Positions 29,870 through 37,051 of a DNA stretch of 59,400 bases are shown here, piece after piece. A program made the translations under genes and the position numbers. The notes beneath the pieces are model-generated. The model worked only from the letters and a program-made list of their open reading frames with translations. It did no database searches and was not told where the DNA came from. This DNA comes from Chromatiales bacterium. GTDB lineage: Bacteria > Pseudomonadota > Gammaproteobacteria > SZUA-152. The stretch's first letter is position 1. The number at the start of each line of letters is the position of its first letter. The DNA lies in the NCBI GenBank assembly GCA_026982555.1, contig JALSGT010000097.1, forward strand, positions 1-59,400, written 5' to 3'.

Positions 29870-32083
29870 ATGCAAACTCAAATGAGTGCCCGGCAAAACA
29901 AAGCCACTTGTCGTCAATTATATCAGTGTTTGAGATTGCTGCTTCTTAGCCTCGTCCTGGCCGCCTGCAGCCAGGGCTCAGACCCGCAACAAGGTGTTAT
30001 TTCTGGTGACACGCTCAGCGCGCCCTTGCCGAAAGCTATTACCGGGCTTTCAGTGGATAGTTCTACTCTTATTGTGGATGTAGTGGTCAATGGCGATGTA
30101 GATAAGCCATTGCGGGTTGAAAACCTCGTTGTCAATACAGACACAGGGACTTTTTCCGGCAATGTGTCCGGGTTTCCGACAGGCACATATACCCTGTTAT
30201 TAGTGTATTCCATTATTGATCCTACCCAGGGAATTGTTGAAGTTATTACGACCTCAGACATTACCGTTACTGTTGTAGCCAATCAGGAGGCATCCGCAGA
30301 TTTTTCTTCTGCCGAGGTGAGTTATACCGATACAGACGGGGATTCCATCAGCAACCTGGATGAACTAAATGCAGGTACCAGTACTGGCACCCCTAATTAT
30401 ACCGTGGGTGGACAAGTCGAAGGGCTAACGGGAAGTGGGCTTGTATTGCAAAATAATAATGGCAATGATTTACCGGTTAGTGCCAATGGCACTTTTAGCT
30501 TTAGTAATGCAAGTGCAATGACCAGCGGTAGTCGTTATGCCATCACTGTGTTGACTCAACCCGGCAATCCAAACCAGGTTTGTACTGTTAACAATGGCAA
30601 TGGCATCATCGGCGGTTCTGCGGTATCTGATATCACCGTGACTTGTTCAACGACTGCTTACACGATTAGCGGCACTGTCTTCGGATATACAGGCAGTGGC
30701 CTGATTTTACAAAACAACGGCAGTGATGACTTGGCAATCAGCAAAAATGGTACTTTCACCTTTAGTTCCGGGATAGCTGATGGTGATCAATATGCTGTTA
30801 GTGTACAGACATTACCCAGTAGTCCAAATCAAGCTTGTACCGTTAGTAATGGCAGCGGTGTTGTTAACGGTGTCGTGGTAGCTGATATCGACATTACTTG
30901 TTCAACAACTTCGTACACAGTTGGAGGAACTGTCACTGGCCTGACTGAAAGTGGATTAATTTTACGTATCAATAGCGGCGACACCTTGCCAGTCAGTACA
31001 AATGGCATGTTTACATTCAGTAACGCACTCGCAGACGGAAGCCCCTACATTGTTACTGTGCTGGCTCAACCCGACAATCAATCGCAACTCTGTACCATAT
31101 CCAGAGGCAGCGGCATGATCAGCGGTGAAAATACGGTCAACGTGGATGTCACCTGTACTGATGTCATTAATCCGTTCTCCAATCCACGCAGCATTGCCTT
31201 AGATGTTGCAAATGGTCGTGATCGTGCTCTGGTGGCGGATGAAGCTGCGGTGATTGCCGTAGACCTGACCACGGGTGAACGCACAATTCTGTCAGACAAT
31301 ACCACACCCAATATCAACAACCCTTTCTCCAGTCTGCGGGGTATTACTGTAGACACGACAGATGGTCGCAACCGGGCTTTAGTAGTAGACCAGGCGTTGG
31401 GTTCAGTGATTGCTGTAGATTTGACCACCGGTGAACGCACTGTGCTATCAAATAGCACCATCCCCGATCCTGATAATTCATTTTCTTTTCCAGTGGATAT
31501 TATCCTCGATGCGGAGCATAACCGGGCTCTTGTGGTGGCTTTTTCCTTGAATGCGGTGATTGCGGTAGACCTGACTACCGGCAAACGTACGGTACTGTCA
31601 AACAATACTACGCCCAATGCCAACAACCCATTTTCTGTGCTTCGCGGCATAACTCTGGACAGGGACAAAAACCGTGCATTGGTGTTGATGGAAGATCATC
31701 TTGACACAGTGATCGCGGTAGACTTGAGCAACGGCGCACGCACGATTTTGTCAAATAATGTCATTCCCGATGTTGACACTCCATTTTTTGGTCCACGAGG
31801 CATCACATTGGATACGGGCAATAATCGCAACAGGGCTTTGGTTGTAGACGATAATTTAGATGCGATATTAACAATAGACTTGACCAGTGGTGCCCGTAAA
31901 GTGTTATCGGATAGCACAACACCTGATGACAGTGATTTGCTCTCTGGTCCGTTACGTATTGTGGTGGATATGGCAAATGGGCGTGAGCGAGCACTGGTGG
32001 TCGATTTTCAGCTGGCAGCGGTCATTTCGATTGATTTGATGAGTGGCAAACGTACAGTATTTTCAGACGCCGTGACACCTTAG
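29870..32083 (+). CDS. Lipoprotein with three beta-sandwich repeats and a C-terminal beta-propeller
   Basis: Lipobox LAAC; three YT(V/I).G.V.G....GL.L..N repeats each with a Cys pair; about six NPFS..R.I.LD...RALV.D...VIAVDLTTG.RT.LS blades; DTDGDSISNLDE Ca-binding-like motif. Confidence 0.78.
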   Translation: MQTQMSARQNKATCRQLYQCLRLLLLSLVLAACSQGSDPQQGVISGDTLSAPLPKAITGLSVDSSTLIVDVVVNGDVDKPLRVENLVVNTDTGTFSGNVSGFPTGTYTLLLVYSIIDPTQGIVEVITTSDITVTVVANQEASADFSSAEVSYTDTDGDSISNLDELNAGTSTGTPNYTVGGQVEGLTGSGLVLQNNNGNDLPVSANGTFSFSNASAMTSGSRYAITVLTQPGNPNQVCTVNNGNGIIGGSAVSDITVTCSTTAYTISGTVFGYTGSGLILQNNGSDDLAISKNGTFTFSSGIADGDQYAVSVQTLPSSPNQACTVSNGSGVVNGVVVADIDITCSTTSYTVGGTVTGLTESGLILRINSGDTLPVSTNGMFTFSNALADGSPYIVTVLAQPDNQSQLCTISRGSGMISGENTVNVDVTCTDVINPFSNPRSIALDVANGRDRALVADEAAVIAVDLTTGERTILSDNTTPNINNPFSSLRGITVDTTDGRNRALVVDQALGSVIAVDLTTGERTVLSNSTIPDPDNSFSFPVDIILDAEHNRALVVAFSLNAVIAVDLTTGKRTVLSNNTTPNANNPFSVLRGITLDRDKNRALVLMEDHLDTVIAVDLSNGARTILSNNVIPDVDTPFFGPRGITLDTGNNRNRALVVDDNLDAILTIDLTSGARKVLSDSTTPDDSDLLSGPLRIVVDMANGRERALVVDFQLAAVISIDLMSGKRTVFSDAVTP

Positions 32084-32421
32084 AAGTGAACATGGCAACA
32101 GCAGTCTCTGCAAGTACATATGCTCATTCAGCACAAATTTCTACGCTTCGTAGAACAAATGGCGTTTCTCGACAGTAACAATAAAAATTATGTTCAACGT
32201 TGTTCTTCACTTTGCAAATCAATATTGCGTGCTGTGTATGGTGTTATGGCTGTATGAATATTGAACAATCGGTTTGACTAGTGCCAGACGGCATTCATTT
32301 GTAGGCGAGAAACTGGACTATGAAATCGCGTTCTGGTGACTGATATGGATGTCTCTATCGGGTTTTTGAGAGGAAAATTAGTAGGCGATTCGAGGCTCGA
32401 CCGTTATGATGCGCATGGAAT

Positions 32422-33861
32422 TTGGCACATTACACCGGAATGGGTTTGCTCGTGAAAATGCGGATATTCAGTGCAGATTGTTTTAAAGGGGATGGAGCGA
32501 GGAGCCTCTGGCTGTTATTTGTCATGCTGGTGTTACTCTTCCCATGGTGTGGAGCGCAGGCACAGACTTTTTCTGCCGACCCTGCAACCTATCGCTCAAT
32601 GCTGGGCCTGCTTAAACCAGGGGACATACTTTCGTTACGTTCCGGCACCTACGAAGACGGGTTATCAATTACCCGTCTGCATGGACGAGTTGGCGAGCCT
32701 ATTATTATCACCGGGCCCGAGGAAGGATTTCCTGCCATTTTTCTCGGCAGTCACAATAAATCCAGAAATACCATACAAATCAAAGATTCGAGTTATGTCA
32801 CCATTCGCAACCTGAAACTGGATGGTATGGGGATAGCAGATATTGACGCCGTCAATGCGCGTGGCATCACCCATCACATTACTATCGAAAACCTCAAGAT
32901 TCTTCGCCATGGCGGAAGCCAGTTAACGGTAGGCATTGCCACGCGCGGCCCTGCCTGGAACTGGATTATCCGCAAAAATCTGATTGTTGGTGCCGGTACT
33001 GGAATGTATCTGGGTAATTCCAATGGTGCGGCCCCGTTTGTGGCAGGGTTGATCGAGGGTAATGTGGTGTTACACACACTGGGTTATAACCTGCAAATCA
33101 AACACCAGAAGCCACGCCCCCAAGGCGTTGAGTTTCCGAAAGGGCAAAATACAACCATTATTCGTCATAATGTGTTCAGCAAGGCTGAAAATGCAGCCAT
33201 GGATGACCGCTGGGCTCGCCCCAATGTTTTGTTGGGACATTGGCCTCTGCGAGGAGAAGGGCAGGATGATCAATACCTTGTGTATGGCAATTTTTTCTAC
33301 CAGAACCCCAGTGAAGCCTTGTTCCAAGGTGAAGGGCACATCGCTTTTTATAATAATCTGATGGTCAATGATGTTGGCTCGGCGTTAAACATACAGAAAC
33401 ACAACGATAAACCCCGGCGAATTGATATTTTCCAAAATACCATTGTGGCGCGTAATACCGGCATCAGTGTGCGTCACGGTGTTACTGATTATATGCAACG
33501 GGTAGTTGCAAACGCAGTGTTTGCGTCTACGCCGTTACGACTGACTTCCTCGGTGCAAAAACAGAATAATTTTGCTGGAACCTATCGTTCGGCTTCATCG
33601 TTGTTAGGGAGTCCGCGGGATGAGCCGGGGGAACTGGATCTTTTTCCCGCATCTGCAAAGTTGAAAGGCTCTCTGATTGACATGTCGCCATTTAGGCGCT
33701 TCGAGGATTGGGAACGGGATTTTGACGGTGTTCCGCGTTCCGGCATGTATCGTGGTGCTTATGAAGGGGGACGCGACGGTGCCGCATGGTTTCCCGAGCT
33801 TGCGCAGAAGCCGCTGCTTCCAGACGCGCCTGTTAAGCAAGGACGGATCAAAGATCGCTAA
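32422..33861 (+). CDS. Secreted right-handed beta-helix protein (pectate lyase/chondroitinase B-like fold)
   Basis: Signal peptide ending AQA (true start probably 32452 or 32458); LKPGDILSLRSGTY, IIITGP, YVTIRNLKLD and repeated I..N strands. Confidence 0.75.
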   Translation: MAHYTGMGLLVKMRIFSADCFKGDGARSLWLLFVMLVLLFPWCGAQAQTFSADPATYRSMLGLLKPGDILSLRSGTYEDGLSITRLHGRVGEPIIITGPEEGFPAIFLGSHNKSRNTIQIKDSSYVTIRNLKLDGMGIADIDAVNARGITHHITIENLKILRHGGSQLTVGIATRGPAWNWIIRKNLIVGAGTGMYLGNSNGAAPFVAGLIEGNVVLHTLGYNLQIKHQKPRPQGVEFPKGQNTTIIRHNVFSKAENAAMDDRWARPNVLLGHWPLRGEGQDDQYLVYGNFFYQNPSEALFQGEGHIAFYNNLMVNDVGSALNIQKHNDKPRRIDIFQNTIVARNTGISVRHGVTDYMQRVVANAVFASTPLRLTSSVQKQNNFAGTYRSASSLLGSPRDEPGELDLFPASAKLKGSLIDMSPFRRFEDWERDFDGVPRSGMYRGAYEGGRDGAAWFPELAQKPLLPDAPVKQGRIKDR

Positions 33862-33996
33862 AAAGTGATCGCTGGGCAAAACGCTTGATACCCTAATTTT
33901 TGACTCTGAACGGGAAATAGAAGAGTCACAGGAGAGGCTATTTCACAATTGTGACTGTGTTCTCGTTTCTGGTCAGCTGTCAGGAGTCCAGGATTC

Positions 33997-34018
33997 AAAA
34001 GTGACCTTGCTCACACAA
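33997..34018. promoter_or_regulatory. CRP-family binding site candidate upstream of the alginate-lyase-family gene
   Basis: AAAAGTGA-CCTTGC-TCACACAA versus consensus AAATGTGA-N6-TCACATTT. Confidence 0.5.
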
Positions 34019-34047
34019 TACATCAGTTAATTTTTCGATACCTGAAG

Positions 34048-36852
34048 TTGGATGCGACATACACATGGTTTGTTATTTTTGCTTCGCCAGCTAACAAAAT
34101 TTTGAGGTTCTTATCGATGACATTTTTTTCATTGAGCTTATGCTCACGGACATATCAAGTGAAAGCCAAAAGTATTGTGAGGCTTTTTGGTAAAACACTC
34201 AGGGCTGCATTGCTGGTAAATATATTTTTAGCGGGCAGCATGACAGCGGCTATTGCCCATGAACAACATCCGAATATTCTGATAAATGCGCAGGAAATTG
34301 CCGCAATCAAAGCCAAAATCAGTATCACGGAAAATAACGGCGTGGTCACGGTTGCGGGCGAAGAACCCTGGAAAAGTGCAGCACGAAAAATGATAGAACA
34401 GGCCGATGCCGCATTAGGCCTTAAACCTGTGAGTGTAACATTTGGTGGTAGCAACAGTTGCGGCGGCAGTCGCGTTTTTTGCACAGGCGCATTCTATAAC
34501 GGTGCAGCGGATCGATATGACTGGGAAAAGGCCGCCAAGCCACTGGGGATAGGTGTGCGCGACCTGGGAATGGCGTATGCGTTTACCGGGAATAGTCGAT
34601 ATGCCGAAAAGCTCATTGAGCTGGTGCGTGTCTGGGCGCTTGATCCGGTAACCGGTATGTTGCCGCGATTCAGCAACAACCAGTCGCTTATGGATCTTTT
34701 TGGGACGATGACCGGGGTGATCTATGGTGTTGACTTAGCCTGGAATTATCCTGGTTGGGAGCAGACCGACAAGGATGCATTTAAAGCGTGGGTGCAAACC
34801 TTTGGTAATAACGCCGTCTATGCCTTTGGTCAGTCGGAGACGAATGCGGCACCTAATAACTTTGAAAACTGGCGGAATGCCTTTCTAAGTATCGCCGGTG
34901 CGTTTTTGGGTGACCAGAGACTTTTGGATATCGCATATCGGAATTTTCGCAATGCAATTCCCAAGCAGGTTCACTGGACTGGTCGCCTGGGGCAGGAAAG
35001 TGGTCGCACCAATGGTTGGGCCGGTCTTGGGTATTCAATATATGCAATCCACGCGATGACATTGACAGCGGAAGTTGCCCGTCACCATGGCGTGGATCTT
35101 TACAACTACCTGGGTGAGGACTCCGGCGGGAAACCCATAGGCTTAAAAACCGCACTGGATTTTCATGTGCCTTATGTGATGAACCCAGCTTCGTGGAAAT
35201 GGGGCAAAAACCCTGATTACCCATTGCTCAATAATATTAATGCGAACAGTGGCGTTGGTATTTATGAAGTGGCTTATTCAATGTGGCAGGATCCCGCCTA
35301 CCTGGGTGTAGTGAACCGATGGGGGCGTCCAATGAAAATGAACATGTGGGCGTTGGGTGTTGTGACGCTGACACATGCTTACCGGGGGCAGGATTCAGCG
35401 CTCGTTACGCCAAGCATTGTGGCGCAGCCGGTTTCTGTAACGGTGACTGAAGGTGAAGATGCCCGTTTTAGTGTGGTTGCAGTAGGGAGTGGCCCGCTGA
35501 GTTATCAGTGGTATCGCAACAATGGCAACGACCCTATTACAGGTGCTACCAATAGCAGTTATACGGTGATCGGCGTCAAGGCTCCAGACGATGAGACTAC
35601 CTATCGCTGCCAGGTCACCAACAGCGAGGGAAGTATTTATAGCAGTGATGCAGAGTTGTTTGTGTCGGTGGATTCCACTGCGCCAACGCTGACCTCAGCA
35701 ATGGCGCTTAGCGATACTCGTGTCGATGTTCGGTTCAGTGAAGCAGTGAATATCGCCGATGCTGAAGATCGCACTAATTATCAGATTAGCCTCGGTATTG
35801 CTGTGACCGCAGCCAGCCTGAGCGACGACGGTCTCGTGGTGAGTCTCACCGTCAGTCAACTGGCCACCGATACCTTTTATACTCTCTCGGTCAGTGATAT
35901 ACGAGATCGAGCAAAAACCCCTAACACCATTGCGTCATTGAGCAGCAAAGATTTCACCTATCGCATCGCTGATGGTTTCGAAGATGGTACTGCCGATGGT
36001 TGGACCCCTTCCGATGCAAGCCGTTGGACGGTGGAGATGGATAAAGGCAGCATGGCGTATTACCTCGCGACGAGTTCCGGCAGCCCCGGTGGTGGCCGGT
36101 TGGGTGAATATTCCTTGCTCCCTGGGGAGTATGGCGATTTTACCATCATGCTACGAGCCAGGCTGAGTGACGATGTGGCTGCCAATGCGACGGCTGATTA
36201 CGCTGTGGTGTTCGGGTTCCAGGGTTCTGACAGTAGCCACCCCCAGGATTCTGACAGTTACTACTACATGTTATTTAACAATAACCCGGATTATAATCAA
36301 CTGTTCAAAGTTGTTGATGGCAATCGTACGTTGTTAGCGACGGCTGACAGTGGCGACTGGTTGAATGATAACGCGTACCACAGTATTAAAATTAATCGTA
36401 CGGGAAGTACCATCAGCGTATATTTTGACGACACCCTTATTTTGAAAACCGACGACAGCAGCCTGGGTGCAGGCCGGGTCGGTGTCGGCAGCTATAACGA
36501 TTCTGCGTATTTTGATGACGTAAGTGTAACGGGTGCAATATCCGGTGGTAGTTCCAGTGGTGGCGGTTCAACCGGCGGAGGCTCGACTGGTGGAGGTTCA
36601 ACCGGCGGAGGCTCAACCGGCGGAGGCTCAACAGGAGGAGGCTCAACCGGCGGAGGCTCAACAGGAGGAGGCTCAACAGGAGGAGGCTCAACAGGAGGAG
36701 GTTCAACGGGTGGAGGCTCTGTAAATGGTGATACATCCGATACTGAAGGCGGTGGTGCCTTTAACCCCTTCTTTGCTGGTCTCGTGCTGTTACTGATGGG
36801 TATTCGAGGGTTACGTCGAAGGATAACTTCCATGGCGTCAACGCAGGCTTAA
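34048..36852 (+). CDS. Alginate-lyase-family (alpha/alpha toroid) protein with Ig and Ig-like domains, a lectin-like beta-sandwich, (GGGST)10 stalk and GlyGly-CTERM-like anchor
   Basis: LGMAYAFTG...YAEK....VRVWALDP..GM.P, NNFENW, G...QES.R and YSIYA...M...AE motifs; PSIVAQP..LSYQWY Ig domain; GRVGVGSYNDSAYFDDV; EGGGAF-hydrophobic-RRR tail. Real start is probably downstream of 34048. Confidence 0.78.
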   Translation: MDATYTWFVIFASPANKILRFLSMTFFSLSLCSRTYQVKAKSIVRLFGKTLRAALLVNIFLAGSMTAAIAHEQHPNILINAQEIAAIKAKISITENNGVVTVAGEEPWKSAARKMIEQADAALGLKPVSVTFGGSNSCGGSRVFCTGAFYNGAADRYDWEKAAKPLGIGVRDLGMAYAFTGNSRYAEKLIELVRVWALDPVTGMLPRFSNNQSLMDLFGTMTGVIYGVDLAWNYPGWEQTDKDAFKAWVQTFGNNAVYAFGQSETNAAPNNFENWRNAFLSIAGAFLGDQRLLDIAYRNFRNAIPKQVHWTGRLGQESGRTNGWAGLGYSIYAIHAMTLTAEVARHHGVDLYNYLGEDSGGKPIGLKTALDFHVPYVMNPASWKWGKNPDYPLLNNINANSGVGIYEVAYSMWQDPAYLGVVNRWGRPMKMNMWALGVVTLTHAYRGQDSALVTPSIVAQPVSVTVTEGEDARFSVVAVGSGPLSYQWYRNNGNDPITGATNSSYTVIGVKAPDDETTYRCQVTNSEGSIYSSDAELFVSVDSTAPTLTSAMALSDTRVDVRFSEAVNIADAEDRTNYQISLGIAVTAASLSDDGLVVSLTVSQLATDTFYTLSVSDIRDRAKTPNTIASLSSKDFTYRIADGFEDGTADGWTPSDASRWTVEMDKGSMAYYLATSSGSPGGGRLGEYSLLPGEYGDFTIMLRARLSDDVAANATADYAVVFGFQGSDSSHPQDSDSYYYMLFNNNPDYNQLFKVVDGNRTLLATADSGDWLNDNAYHSIKINRTGSTISVYFDDTLILKTDDSSLGAGRVGVGSYNDSAYFDDVSVTGAISGGSSSGGGSTGGGSTGGGSTGGGSTGGGSTGGGSTGGGSTGGGSTGGGSTGGGSTGGGSVNGDTSDTEGGGAFNPFFAGLVLLLMGIRGLRRRITSMASTQA
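35971..36720 (+). repeat. Copy 1 of a near-identical cassette of about 630 bp plus (GGGST)10 repeat
   Basis: Colinear with 38918-39543 at a constant offset of 2947; GGGST array at 36559-36720. Confidence 0.95.
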
Positions 36853-36894
36853 TACAGTTGTTGATCAGCTTTTCAACGTTGGTGATTTAATCCT

Positions 36895-36923
36895 GTTGCC
36901 GGGCGACCAAAATGCCCGGCAAC
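36895..36923 (+). terminator. Hairpin GTTGCCGGGC-N9-GCCCGGCAAC after the lyase gene
   Basis: Perfect 10-bp stem about 40 nt after the stop; weak U tract. Confidence 0.45.
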
Positions 36924-37051
36924 GGTTGCTGCCTTGCGCTCAATCACACTCGTTTCGTATGTTCGGTAGCCTTAATGCTGTAGCTGATTTTATGTGCATT
37001 AATGGTTTTGAATAAAGCCCTGAAAATATATTTTCCTTCGAAGGCAGGTAA

